Part shown: one piece after another, positions 33,745 through 47,805 of the stretch
How positions within the stretch are numbered: position 1 is the stretch's first letter
Layout of the letters: each line of letters opens with the position of its first letter
Source of the DNA: Amoebidium appalachense
Taxonomy: Eukaryota > Protista > Ichthyosporea
Assembly: GCA_963693365.1 (NCBI GenBank)
Contig: CAVNZM010000002.1
Coordinates: 12,146,328 to 12,210,327, forward strand
Length of the DNA stretch: 64,000 nt
Reading direction: 5' to 3'
Translations under genes and position numbers: made by a program
Notes under the pieces: model-generated
Told to the model about the DNA's origin: nothing
Database searches by the model: none
What the model saw: the letters and a program-made list of their open reading frames with translations, nothing else

Positions 33745-33929
33745 CGCTTCCCTGCCCCTCCCCCCTCCCCCCACCCCCCAACCCCCGACACACCAGACCA
33801 TAGCCTCCCTCCACCTTCTTCAAAAAAACACAAGAAACACACACAAGAAAAAAAAGCACGGGCTCACACAGGAATAGTCCATACCTCCCCCCCCACCTCC
33901 CTCCCTCTCCCCTCCCGGTTGCTTCGCAT

Positions 33930-34123
33930 CACCTGACATTAATCGGTTCCTTACAAATTCTAACTCTCGCTCAACCCTGACTTGAAATCCATAAAGCCTC
34001 CGCCGATTTCTAACACTTGATTGCTCGTTGTAAATAATCCGAATTTGGTTGCTTCCGACATATTTTCTTCTCTTAAGGCTGAATTCATGCGAACCGCACC
34101 CATACAACGGAAACGTTCTAGCT

Positions 34124-34154
<31 letters not shown>

Positions 34155-34502
34155 GCCTCTCACCCCCCTCTAAACTCAGCCCCTGTTTCGCCCTTGCCGT
34201 GCAAGAGCATAACTATGGTTTCGTTCTATTCTTCTCTCTTGTAGCTATAGTACTCCCCCCCCCCCCCCCCCCCCCCCCCCCCCACCCCACCCCACCCACC
34301 CACCCTTAAACAACCCACCCACCCACCCACACATACACACACACACACACACACACAAAACCCTTTCCCGGCCCTCCCTTAGTCTTGCTCGCCTCCCCCA
34401 CTCTCCCTCCCGAACTCCTTTTGAATTCCGCTCTTCCTCTTCGGCCCCCTCCCCCCCCCCCCCCGGCCCCTCCCCCCCCCCCCCCCTCCCCCCCCTCCCC
34501 CT

Positions 34503-34570
<68 letters not shown>

Positions 34571-35550
34571 TTCTTGCCAAGTCATGGCAACAGCTGCTCA
34601 AGCCTTTTCTTTTTTGAATCGCCCTAACATTAAAGATCACTAGCCAAATACAGCTCCCGTTCAACGCCTTCCCTTCCTCATTTCCCCACACTTTCCCCCC
34701 AAACACTATTCAACTCCACCTCTCTGGCTCTCTTCATCAGCCCACCTCTACCCTTCACCCATCTCTCTCAAGTGCTTGGGGCACATCAATCCCCGCAACT
34801 CCGCATCCATCGAGAACATCGCTTTTTCTTTTTTCCCCAACGTCTGGCATTTGAGCTTTATCATAAAAGATGCTGGGTGACAATAGGCACAGAAGTTCTC
34901 TACACCGTCCTTTTCCAACCCTACCTCCCCATCTCTCCCCGCACCAAGCCCCCCGCGGGCGGCGTGTTTTCCCCATGCTCGCCTCATTTCTTTCTTTTCA
35001 CACCCTATCACAAATCGGCCTCCGAAATAAAGGCAGCGCCAGCCAGCTACCCTCAAAATGAAAAAATGGGGGCAAACGCAAAAAGAAAAAAATGGGGAAA
35101 GTTTTCTTTCAACGGGATGAAAGCACAGCCCTCTGAACACAGTGTGTTCATGAACGGGTCAGAGGGCCTAGTCTCCAAGGCTATGTACCCACTGGGTTAC
35201 GTAAGTGGCTGAGCACTACTACGTGTCGCCTGCGGCAACATACAAGGTATGTTGAGCCGGGCCGCAGCTGCAGGAGACAGCACTCAAAAGTCACTACAGA
35301 GGGCCGTGATGAAAGGGAACAAAGAAATTACGTAACAAGGCAAGGGACCAGCGTATGCTATTTTTAGATTACTCCAACTCAGATTCTGGCCAAGTTGAAT
35401 ATCCGGCTGTCCGGTCGTGGTCGATAGGTGGGTTCGGGGGCAGGACTCAGCGTTCCCACTACTGTAGAAAAAAAAAAAGAAGAAGAGACCAGTCGCACGA
35501 TCATGGCAAGAACCTACGTTTTTGTGCATTTTGCTTGCTGTTATGTATGC
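33930..35550 (-). mobile_element. Decayed retroelement-like fragment, paralogous to 41700-44100
   Basis: 34766-34990 aligns with 43582-43800 (FCAYCHP..KC..GKKEKA..MCPKH). ETIVMLLHGKGETGAEF (~34170-34225) parallels TIIAEFYGALFDTGAQL. The GCACGATC...CTACGTTTTTGTG end is shared. Confidence 0.5.
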
Positions 35551-36116
35551 ATGCATGGGTAGGCTGATCACCCCCCCCAGAAATCTTCGGGATCCCCATC
35601 GCCCTGGTGACCACAGGCCATCAAGACACGGCTTGCAATCGGAACATGGGACACAGTCGCTGAAGTATACCCAGACATGCAAAGATATGTGTTTCTAGTT
35701 AACCAACCATTGCATGTGGTTTAATAAACATTTATTCTGCTCGTGAACATATGGAGGGCTGTACATGTTTTGACGTCCTCGCGCAACGCGGTCTGCGTTG
35801 CCATGTGCAAAAGGTTGATTTACACATATCTACAGATTCAAGATGTCTTGTTGATTCAAATTTGGAATTTACACGTTCACCCAATATCATAATGACAGTG
35901 TCCAAAGTAGTAAATACACAAAGTTATCGTACATGCACATCATTTGAAACAAAGACCCAACAGCTACATGCACGTACATAGGGCAGCAATTCAAGGAAGA
36001 TCATGTCTTTTAATCCATCTGGAGCTCCACGTTTATTGCTATTGTACAACGAAAAAGAGGTGACAAAATGACAACAACAACACACTGAATTTCTCCCACA
36101 TTCTTTCCGCAGCACC

Positions 36117-36605
36117 CTAAACCCCGCCCTCCCGCGCACTGCACACCTTCTTGTGCACCTTCCAGTGGGCCTTTTGGCAGTCTCTGTCGCAGTACCACGC
36201 GCCCTTGCACGTGCACACTTTCAGCTTTCGTGATTCCGTACCCACCGTATCGCAGCTGCTGCACGTGCGTACACCCTGGGGTAGGCCCCGTGTAGGTGCC
36301 TCAGGCACGGGTGTGTGGTCCTGCAATTGTGTGTGCATGTGTGTGCATGTGTGTGTGTGTGTGTGTGTGTACGTGTGTACGTGTGTTTTTTTTTTTTTTT
36401 TTTTTTTTTTTTTGGGGGGGGGGGGGGGGAGAAGAGGGAATGCGCAAGTGAGTGAGTGCTGTGCGTATGTATGTGTGCGTGTGTGTTTGTGTGTTTGTGT
36501 GTGTGCGTGTGCGTGTGTGTTTCTTATGTGCATGTCTGTGGGTGTCGGTGGTTGGGTGACTGGATGTGTGTGTGTCTGTGTGTCCGTGTGAGCCTATGTA
36601 GGTTC

Positions 36606-36691
<86 letters not shown>

Positions 36692-37232
36692 AGGGTGGGT
36701 GAGTGGATGTGTGTGTGTGTTAATGCTAGTTGTCTGTGTGGGGGTGTGGGTACAAGTGCGTAAGTGAATGAGTGAGCGTGTGTGTCTTCGTGTGCGTGTC
36801 CTCTTGGGTGTGTGTTGTGCAGACTTGTGAGATCATGCTTGCATATTAGAAACTCCCTGCAGGCTCAAACAAAAAGTTTCAGCTCTTGTAGGCGCCTCGT
36901 TTATGTGCTCTATCTCACGAAAATAAGGGCGCTAATATTAATTTAAATTAGAACACCTGGAAACGGGAGAACTTGCGCATGGGGCGGAGCCAGCCGCCGC
37001 CGGGCCTGTGCGTGCGCCGACGTGCATGTGTGCGTATGTGCTTAGCAAGCGGGGAAGGGGGGGGGAGGGGGGGGGAGAAGGTTGAGCCCCACCTTTAGAA
37101 GTGTAGTCCGTTTCTCCAGCCACTTTTTCATCTTCATCTCATCCTATGGGGCAAAGAACAGGTTCAAACCACAGCTCTAATTGGGATGTTATCACATGAA
37201 TAAATCCCCCCCCCCCCCCCCCCCTCCCCCCA

Positions 37233-37265
<33 letters not shown>

Positions 37266-37340
37266 GTTAGAATAAAAAACACCAGCACGCCTCTAATCCT
37301 TTACTTATCTCTATTATGCTGATTGGTGGGGATTAAACTA

Positions 37341-37387
<47 letters not shown>

Positions 37388-38212
37388 CGCGCGCATGTGC
37401 CTGTGCGTGTGTGTGTGTGTGTGTGCGTATGCGCACATGCATGTGTACGTGTGTGTACGTGTGCATGTGTACGTGTGTTCATGCACGTGCGTGTGGGTGA
37501 GGGTATGGGTATGGGTGTGGGTGTGCGGTGCGGTGCAGTGTGGTGGTGTGTGTCTGTGTGTGTGTGCACGTGTGTGCATGCCAATGTTCGAAGAATGGGG
37601 GGAACGGACAGCAGGGGGAATGAACAGCATTAAAATATAACAACGAGATACATAGATTAACAAAATTACATCCCGTAGGCAGCCTTGCTTTTCATCTACA
37701 CGCACAAGCATGTACCCACACATGCACACATGCGCCCACACACAGGCGCACGGACGCACACACAATCCCCCCCCCCCCCCCCCCCTCCCTCCCCTCCCCC
37801 CTCCTCCTCCTCCTCACACACACACACACGTCTTATTTTGTCCTCCGTTGGGGAGGGGGGGGGAGGGGAGGGGGGCAACACACCTCCGAATCCATGACAA
37901 ACCCCCATGTCCCGTTGACAGGTGCAAACATTCCCCCCTGAGCAAACAGACGGGTGACGTTTGCATCCCCAACAAGATACATGTCTGTTCCGCTTGTCGA
38001 CCCCTTCCCGATCTCGGCCAGAAGTGCGTAGAAGCAGACGTAAATGCGGAATGTGTTTTTGATGAAATCTTGGGGAAGTTTCCTCTCCCCAGCCTGAATG
38101 TCAAGAAGGGCTTTGGCAGCCACCGACCCGAAGTTGTTCTTTTTATATTTTGGGGAGAGAGGGGGGGGAGGGGGAGGGGGGGGGGGGGGAGGGGGGGGGG
38201 GGGGGGGGAGGG

Positions 38213-38280
<68 letters not shown>

Positions 38281-38346
38281 GTGCGCGCGTGCGTGTGTGC
38301 GTGCGTGCGTGCGTGTGTGTTGTAGAGGAGGGGGGAGTGGGGAGGG

Positions 38347-38384
<38 letters not shown>

Positions 38385-39302
38385 TGTGTGCATGAGGTGT
38401 TGCGTGTGAATATGGCGTGGGTGTTGTTTTAAAAAAATAAGAAGGTCGTTAGAGGGTGCAAACAAAAGCACCACACCTGGATATGGTTCTAAGAATCCTA
38501 CGAGCGACTATATGTTCCGCGAAGGAATTTGTGTCACTCCATAAATGGTAACCATGAATTGCAATCTATCAAATATGTTCCACAGGTGTCACTTGTTCTA
38601 CTCTGGTCCCAAAAGTGATCAACCCGAAATGCCACCGAACGTCCGGATATATATTGTCCAACCGCATATTCTACCAAAATCCATTAGACTTGAATGGACT
38701 CACATAATTTGCTTATAACCCTCTGCTCACTAAAGCTACTCCACCCCCCCTCCTCCCCCCCCTCCCCAGGGGCCCCATTTACACACCCACACACTCACAC
38801 ACCTCTCCCGCCTACATTGTGCGTGTTTCGCCGTGGGTGTATCTTATGTGCACGTGTGCATATAAATGTCATATCTACTCCAGTGTGTGCGACTGTGTGT
38901 CTATCTGCCAATATTCCACGCCATGCACACTACAACGTCGCGCGGAAGGTGGGGTAGGGGGGGAGGAAGGGGAGGGATGGGGAAGCGGGGGGGTTTGAAT
39001 GCGTCAAAAAGTACGAAGTACACAAGAACAAACGGATAACACCCGATGCAAAATGCAAGCCATACATAAAGAGTATGCATAATAAGCAGAGCCCATCCTC
39101 AGGGGGGGGCCCACGTCATCCACAGTACCCGAGTTTCGACCTATTCACCTCGTTAACGAAACCCAACTCAGATACTGTTTCACTTAAACATGGGTAGGTC
39201 ACCCGTCTTGATCAGAGACGAGCAGGGTTGCTTATGCAGGCAAGGGCAGTTGGAAAGGCCGGGGGTTAAAGTTGCAGCAGTAAGCAGAAGCAAGAAAAAT
39301 AT

Positions 39303-39333
<31 letters not shown>

Positions 39334-39375
39334 AGGGGAGAGAGGGGAAGGAAGTGGTTAGGTGGCCGGGGGGGA

Positions 39376-39410
<35 letters not shown>

Positions 39411-41595
39411 GAGGGGGGGGAGGGGGGGGGGGGGGGGGGGGGTCGGTTTCCAACCTGCCACAGAGAAAACACGTATGTGTCTACGGCCAGTAGATTCAAA
39501 CACAACTCCACCACGACTGTGAACGCATCTCTCCCATGCCCTCTGTAGTATCTATGCAAATCCCTCGGCTCGGGTGGGTGGCGGCAAAATGCGCCAAGCA
39601 GCGTCAAAAGGCGGCATGCTGAGGTTGCTGGGAGCACCTTGGCCATGCGGGCCGGTGAAATTTGCCGGTTGCCATCCGTGGAAGAACAAGTAGGGTCTGA
39701 TGGAATGGGGGAAGGGAGCGGGAGGGCGGAGGGTGGTGGTGGTGGGGGGGGGGGGGGGGGGAGGGAGAGGAGGAGGGGGGGGGGGGGGGGGAGGGGGGAG
39801 GGCGGAGGGGGGTTAAAAGGTTAGAATTTGTCAGGAAGTATGGACTACACATTCATGACCAACAACACAAGGCAGATTCCCAGGGGCAAGTAAAGAGCAT
39901 GCATCACAAGCAGGGCCCAATCTTGGGGGGGGGGGGGGGGGGGGGGGGGGGGACCACTCAAAGCAGAAAATAACCCCCCCCCCCTCCCCCCCCCCACCTC
40001 CTCTCGCTTACAACGGATAACACATTGCAGATTGCAAAAGGCAAACAGAAAGAGTTCGCATAAGTAGAGCCCAACCCGAGGGGGGGGGGGGGGGGGGGTT
40101 TGAATGCGGAACACAGTACGAAGTACGCATAGACGATGAGAAGCATGATGCAGGACACATGCAAAGGCAAACATTCAAGTATGCAGCATCAGCCATGCGC
40201 ACAGTATGCGTCATAAGCAGAGCCCATCCTCAGGGAGGGCCCAAGTCATCAATTGCGTCTGAGTTTCGACCCCTTAGCCCGCGTATATACGACGCTCCAA
40301 CTCAGACAGCAGCATCAACTGAACTTGGGTGGGTCAACCCGGGGGGGGGGGGGGGGATCAAACCATCCTTGAACCCCCTCCCCCTTTTTTTTTTCAACGG
40401 ATAGAACAACACAGATTGCAAAAAGGACATGCAAGAGTACGCACCAGAAGAAGAGCCTATACCTGGGGGAGTTTTGGGGGGGGGGGGGGGGGGGGGGGGG
40501 GGACCAGACCACCCAAAGAAGAGCCCCCCCCCTCCCCCCCGCAACAACAACAACGGACAACACAACACACATATAGACAGTATGCATGAGAAGTGGAGTC
40601 CATCCCAGGAGGGGAAGGGCGGGTGAGGGGGAGACCAGACCATCCAAAAAAGAGACCGCCCCCCCCCCCCCCCCTCCCTCCCTTCCCCCCCCCCCCCCCC
40701 CCCCCAAAAGGTCAAAACCTACCCCCAGCATGTATTCGGTAGCCGTCACCTGCTCTCCCATGTTTAAGTTTCCCCGCGCAAACACTGTTTCAGCCGCCCG
40801 CAGAAAACCCTCCGTATTGACCCAGCTTTTGGGAACGCGCGTTACAGTATATTCCGCAAAATCGCACAATCGGACTAGCGTTCTCCTCGCAAAGTACTCG
40901 TGGAAGTACACATCTTGCAATGGATGTGACGGAGATCGGGTGATCAGATCGGCCAGGCCTGCAATCGCAGGGTCGAAAAACACCCGCGGGATGGTATTGA
41001 CCACCTTGTCCGTCCACCCCATCCTCTCAGCCACCGGGAAAATCGCGTTCAAGATATCGGCGATCTGACCAATTAGCTGAATCGGATACCTGTGCTTGAG
41101 GCCCCGTGCCTTCTCAAACATGGAAACCCCCCCGTTGGCCAAATACCAATTCAAGAGTTTTTCGAGATCGTATGTTCGTGGCCCCTTTGCAATCTCAACA
41201 AATATGCCGCCCGCAAGCAAATGTGGGCACATTGTGTTATTATTCGTGCAATCGTTGGAATGGTTGGCATTTATCCCGAGCTGCACCAACAACAACAAGT
41301 CGTCAAAATTTTGCGGGTAAATTTCCGATTCCGCCATTAGAACCCACCATGTGGCCATCAAGCGGCCGTATATCGACGTCATTTGGGAGGCCTGGCGGGG
41401 GTTTTTCCTGAATTCCTCGTTCATATATTCCGTGTATCTCCGAGTGGCCCTGGCCATGGAAGTTGCCATTCGAATGGGGTCTTTGTGTCCGCTTTTGGGT
41501 AGTAACCCCCCCACCGTGCAGACTAGCATAATCTCAACAAGAGGTGGGATCGTCTCCTTTTCGAAGACCTTGTCACTGCAATCGATCAATCCTGC
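36117..41595 (-). CDS. Helical-repeat-like protein with C-terminal MYND zinc finger; 5' exon(s) not found
   Basis: Exons 41595-40723 (291 codons, open), 39696-39455, 38138-37884 and 36320-36117 ([33 protein letters not shown]). One phase mismatch at the G-run donor at 40723 (homopolymer error or missed exon). Confidence 0.8.
38994..39302 (-). mobile_element. Structured-RNA repeat family, subfamily A copy 3, intronic in the MYND gene
   Basis: Reverse complement of 11968-12274 with few substitutions. Those in the K-turn stem (CTCA>CCCA, TCA>TTA) preserve pairing. Confidence 0.85.
39820..40650 (-). repeat. Head-to-tail stack of ~5 diverged copies of the repeat family, including a subfamily B copy at 40099-40341
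   Basis: On the minus strand each short unit begins at a C-run plus a (T)GAGGATGGGCTC-like motif and ends at the next poly-C. 40099-40341 extends further 5' and retains the K-turn/pseudoknot core. Confidence 0.75.
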
Positions 41596-41617
41596 CTGTG
41601 GTGTGAAAAGATGAGTG

Positions 41618-41674
<57 letters not shown>

Positions 41675-41699
41675 ACGGTGAGTGTGTGCCAATGTGTGT

Positions 41700-44100
41700 G
41701 AAGAGCAGGTGGCGAAACCTATCCATCCCATCAAGCATGGCTGATCTAGATTCACACAACAAGACACTGATAATACTATGAACAGAAACCCCTTGGGTGC
41801 TGCAGGGGCAAAGGGAAAGGTATGAACAAGCAAAGGACTTGCCAACAACTAATATGTGTTCTCCGACAAGCTGGTATGTGCATGTAGCTCGCAAGCTCTG
41901 CCCTCTCTCTTTCCCCCTCCCCTTCCCCCACAGATCCAATCTATCTCCCTCTCCCCCACCCCCCCCCCCCCTCCCTCCCTTTCTCAGTTGCCCGCCTTCC
42001 CTAAACACAACCTGTTGACACACTCGTGTCGCACAAGAGCACGAACACCTATCTTAACCGTAAACCCATCTTTGTAAGCTCTTTCTTTCTGTGTTTTCCT
42101 CTACTCGATCTCCCGTTGTGATCCAGAAACGTGGAGGGAGGAACTAACCGCGATCAAGGCAGGACCAAACCTCGGGTCAGGAAGTTGTGCACCGGTATCG
42201 AACAAAGCACCGTAGAACTCCGCGATGATCGTCTTCTCGACTGTCGGATCGGACGATCCAACCCAGTTCGCGCCGTTCAAATACTCCACCTTGAGCTCAC
42301 ACATCTGGTTTGTGATTAGGTTTTTAGGTTTTTGGGATACACTCAGATTGGTATAATTCAAGGCCCAGATGGAGCTTGTTTATATTATGCTACCCCCCCC
42401 CCCCCCCCCCCCCCTTCCCTTTCCCCTCCCCCAACACACCCACATCTGCGATGTCCGAGTTGCGAATTCTTCCCCAAATTCCCTCACATACACACCGCCC
42501 CTCCCCCCCCCCCCTCCCCCCACCCAAAAAAAAACAAAACAAAAAAAAACAAAAAACAAAAAAAAAACATGAACACAGACACACATAAGAAAGAAAAGCA
42601 CCCGTTGTCACAGGAGCATCAGCTCCCCTCCCCGGTTGCCCTGATAACTCCACAACTTACCGTTACTCAATATTCTGTTCCCTCCCCTCTCTAATCTTTG
42701 CTCAAACCTACTAAGCTAAAGTCCACATCCTCTGTCGAGTTTTGACAGTCGTTTGATTCTTGTACCTCGTACTGGCTCTATCTCCAGATGTCATTCTTGA
42801 AGAAAGTATTTTCTTTCCTTCATATCTTACCAATGCCAACCCGCCAAGAACAACTGTGGACATACTAGAACACACGTCGACCCCCCCCTCCCCCCACCCA
42901 CACACCCACCCACCCCTCCCTTCCCCCCATTGTTTTCATAGTGCTGTGCTTAGAAGGCAAACACTCTCCTTCTCTCCTTTCTGAAGGCAAACCCCCCCCC
43001 CAAAACACACACACAACCCCCCTTCCCCCCTCCCCCCCCCCCCCCCCCGGCCGCCCCCTCCTCCCCCTTGCCCTTTCTACTCCCGCACCCTTCTCCTTAT
43101 GTCTCTTCCCTCAACCCCCCCACCCCACCACCACCACCCCCGCCCTCTCCCCCCCCCCCCCCCCCCCCCTCTATATATATATATAACGCTCTCCTCGCTC
43201 TTCTCTCTCTCTCTCTTCCTGTTTCTCTTTCTCTCCCTCTCTCTCCCCTCTTCACCCTCCCCCCCTTCCTCTCTCCCTCTCTCTCTTTCTTTCTCGCACT
43301 CGCTTTCGCTTCCCCCCTTACCCCCATTCACCCCCTCCTCCACCAAGAAAGCTAACTTGACAAATTTGCACTTGGTCACCGCTTTTTCAACCACCCCTGG
43401 GGGCACATCAAGAGCAAAAACTCATTCTTTTCCGCCAACCATCCCTTCGTTTCTCAACCTTTCCCTCCCGGCAGTCACTTTTCTCACTCCTACTTCTTTC
43501 CTCCGATCCCAACCTCCTCCTCCCCCCCCCCCCCCCCCTCCCTTCCCCGCCCGCCCGCCCGCCCGCCCCTCTCACCCACCTCTTCAAAGTGCTTGGGACA
43601 CATCGATCCCCACCCCTCCGCACCCAACATCATTCCAGCTTTCTCCTTTTTCCCAAACCTCTGGCACTTGAGAGCTTGTTTGGCAGCGTCTGGATGACAA
43701 TAGGAGCAAAGTTCCCCTACGCCACCCATTCCCGCCCCACCCCTCCTCACACCAAGCCCCCCGCGTGCGGCGTGTTCTGCCCCTGCTCGCCTCATTTCAC
43801 ACCCGTAGCAACGGTGACAGTGAAGTCATGCAACAGACAAACTCGAAAAAGTTTGCGCGTGCTCAGGCTACAGATGACATCTGAAGCTATTTTTAGATTA
43901 AGCTTCAATTTCTGGCCTTTCAATCGTAGGCAGCCTTTTGTTTCAAGCCTTGGAGACAAGTTGGAGTGTAACTATGTATGTACGTGTATGGCGCGAGTTA
44001 GCATGTTGTAGGCGTGCGCACGCTCCGTGGGGACCTTGATTCTCAAAACAGCTGCATGGCACGATCCTGCTTCTACGTTTTTGTGTGTTGTGCTGGCTGG
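41700..44100 (-). mobile_element. Decayed retroelement-like region with a retropepsin-type aspartyl protease motif and a Cys/His-rich N-terminal segment
   Basis: ORF 42101-42361 contains FYGALFDTGAQ (DTG). ORF 43490-43795 has CSYCHP..KC..MCPKH. Broken by stops and microsatellites. No RT or integrase seen. Confidence 0.55.
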
Positions 44101-44168
44101 TGTGTGTGTGTGTTTGGGGAGGTGGTTACGTGTGTGCGTGTCGGGGGCAGGGGGGGGCTGCCTGTCTG

Positions 44169-44229
<61 letters not shown>

Positions 44230-46115
44230 TTTACCAACCATGTCCTATGTATCTCAGGCTGTTTTCCTCTTCCCCCGCTCTTTTGAATAACTTTAACACC
44301 CCCAGGCCCCTTCCTCCCCCCCCCTCCTCCCCCCTCCCGGCCCCGTCCCCCCCCCCCCCCTCCGCCCCTCGCCTCTCCCTCTCACCCGGCCGCCCACCCG
44401 CACTTCTCCCTCCCCCCCCCCCCCTCTCCCCTCCACTCGCACACTTGTACCTGCACCCACCCCCTAACCTGCGCTATCTATGGCTACCTTCCTCCACGTT
44501 GCCGTGCCCATGCCTCCCAACAGTAACCCCGCCTCAATTTACTCCTTTCTACTGTACTTCCGAATCCACCATTTAGCATTCCCTCCTTAACCCCAAGACC
44601 CTTTGACCGTGCTCACATTCAACCCCTCTCGGCGTGCTAACTCATCGACCGACTTCTTTATCATCCCCCCCCCCCCCCCCCAACCCCCCTCCCCTTCCTC
44701 CCCCAACCCCCCTCCCCCGCCCCTTCCTCCTCCTCCCCCCCCCCCCCCCCCCCCCCCCCCCCGCCCCCCGGGCCTACGCCCCTAGCTCCCCGCCTCCCTC
44801 CCCCGCCCCTATCACTCCTCGCCCTTCCCCTCCCGCCCCTCCCCCCACTTCCCTCCCTTGTCCCTCCCATCTCTCCCCCCCCTCTCCCTCAGGCCCCACT
44901 GGGTCCCTCCTCTCACTCAAGTGCAGTTTAGCCACCAGTATTTCACTTCTTCCGATCCCCACCCCCTTCCCTTCTTCCACCCTTCCACCGTGATGCCCAC
45001 ACGTACCGCAATGCGCCGGGGGCTTGTGCGCTTCTGCAAAATTTTGAATCACTGACAGGTGGAGGGGCATGGGAGAATTCTCTATTCGATATTTCGCAGA
45101 CTGAGCCGACAGCATTAGGCTGACACCATGATCAAGTTAGGCTAGTGACCCCAGTTACATACACCTGTGCACCCACACAACAGTAGAGTGGTGGCCCACG
45201 TGGCACTGGTGGGCTCACATGCGCGAGTCCTGATCCCCTGGAATGCAGGGTGAACGAAACTATGTGCTTTTGTTACCATATATGGTAACCATTTTAATGC
45301 TTTAACGGTTATCAACCAATCAAAACTGTGAACAACATTCATAGCAGCTGAGTACAACTGTAGCTCACCGCCGGCCGGAGAGGGTTTCACGTTTTTCAGC
45401 GAACGTCCCTTTTCGAAGTAACTATTTGGTCTTAGAAAAGCTCTATAGTGGCACCTTGCGCGCGTATTTGCGTGTTGGCATTACCAGGACCTTATTGTGT
45501 ACAGAAGTCCCCAAACAAAGCGTGATTAATAATCCAAATCGTCGGGCACAATATACGACGTGCAGGTTGTGACAGATATAAAACAAGCCCTTACACTCGC
45601 GAAGGCCAACCTTTCTACCTGTCTTCTCAGAGAGTTTGTTTCCTAAACCAAAGTAAGATTGTGATACAGCAGGTCGAAAGCTAAAAAGGCTTTAGCGTTG
45701 AACAATTTCGAGTTTACAAGCAGTAACTACACACAAGCAGCCAAGTCACACACTAACAAGTCCCAACCAGCAGGAGTACCCAACACTCTATGTATAGTAC
45801 ACAGGAACGGCCTGGCACTAATGCGACCACTATCCCCAGAGCAATTTTTTTTTCACCTCATCTTTCCACGAACGTAAATTATAATCACTTCGAAGTGACC
45901 CATTCATCGACCAGAATTTCAGCACACGTGCGTTACAATCAGTATACAAGGTTTACCCATTGACATTGCATTTCAGGAAGATTCTCGATCCCTGCTTCTC
46001 ACTTACATATAAGCATTCAAGAATGGATAAGTTCACCTCGACTCATTCCCTGGCTGCCCATCAAGCACCACCGCCTCTCAAGGTACTCATCAAACCGCTC
46101 TCTCTCCCCCCCCCC

Positions 46116-46146
<31 letters not shown>

Positions 46147-46164
46147 AAACTCGCGCGCACACGC

Positions 46165-46257
<93 letters not shown>

Positions 46258-46665
46258 CACGCACACACAAAGTGCAAAATGGATTGAATACCAGTCCAGA
46301 GGCTAGAGGCGGAACCCGTTTGTTTATTGAGGCATAGGAGAGCCCTATGATGAATGATGGCCTAGGAATCTGGTCAGGGGTGTCCTGCCTGCACAGCTGG
46401 ATTCCGTTTTTGTACTCCATTTTGGGGTTGTTTTACGGTCTGTGATTCTACCCGTTGGCCATCATCCAAAGCATATTTCAGCCCCTCCCCCTCCCCCCCT
46501 CCCCCCTCCCCCCTCCCCCCTCCCTCTCTCTCTCCCCTCTCCCTCCCTTCCTCCCTTCCCCTATATAGGCACACAAACACACGCAAACGCAGTACACGTG
46601 TACCCACACATACACACGTACATATATACACCCCCACACACCATGCACGCGCACGCACACCAACG

Positions 46666-46728
<63 letters not shown>

Positions 46729-46738
46729 ACCCACACCC

Positions 46739-46776
<38 letters not shown>

Positions 46777-47471
46777 ACATACACGCGCACACACACACAC
46801 ATGCACTCACACACCCTGCCCCACGTACCGTTCCCGCCCATACACGTGCATTTGCCTATGCACACCCACACATTTGCTCCATGCCTTTTTCTCTGGCTTC
46901 TGTTTCCTTCTGTTTTTACCTTCACCTCCCTATATTTCAGGCACTGGGACAGTAGACAAATATTGCATAACTGTAATGAAGCAAGCGCTCATGAAAGAGA
47001 AAGAGACCAAGTTTGTCCAGTCACATTTTTCCTTTTACCAGCTCCTTGTATTTACTTGGTCTATATCGTCTCTGTCACGTTGGCAAAATGATCTGCTTTC
47101 TTGTCTCCTACATCTCGTTTTCCTCTCCCCCCCCCTCCTCCTCCTCCCCCCTGCCCCTTCACCACCACCACCAGCCACCCACCCTCCAACCCACTCACCA
47201 CCTCCCGAATACCCATCCTGCCTCCCGCTTCCCTCCCCCCTCCTCCCCCGCACTCCTCCCCACCCCCCAACCCACCCACCCACCCACCCCTTCCCTCCCC
47301 CTTGTTGTTTTGTCGTGGCCAGTTACTGGATGGCTTTGCATGTGCCGTGCCCGATATGATCTTGTGCACTGCTCACGGTTTTTTGCTTGCTTTCTGGTTC
47401 TCAATGACAAGTATGGAGCTAGATGTTGTGGTTCAAGGAACGAACACGGATTTGTGTTTGTGTTTGGAAAA

Positions 47472-47509
<38 letters not shown>

Positions 47510-47577
47510 GGAGGGAGGGGCAGAAGAAGGGGAAGATGGGAATTGGTGTATTAAGGGAGGGGGGTGAGGGAGGGGGC

Positions 47578-47647
<70 letters not shown>

Positions 47648-47774
47648 TTGTGCAAATTGAACTGATTTGCTTGTTTTTGTCGTAGGTGAGTGTCGAGATA
47701 AATGAGATTTCTGGTACAAAAGAAAAGAAATAGGAGATATCGATCATAAAAATTGCCTGAACCCCTCCCTCCCC

Positions 47775-47805
<31 letters not shown>

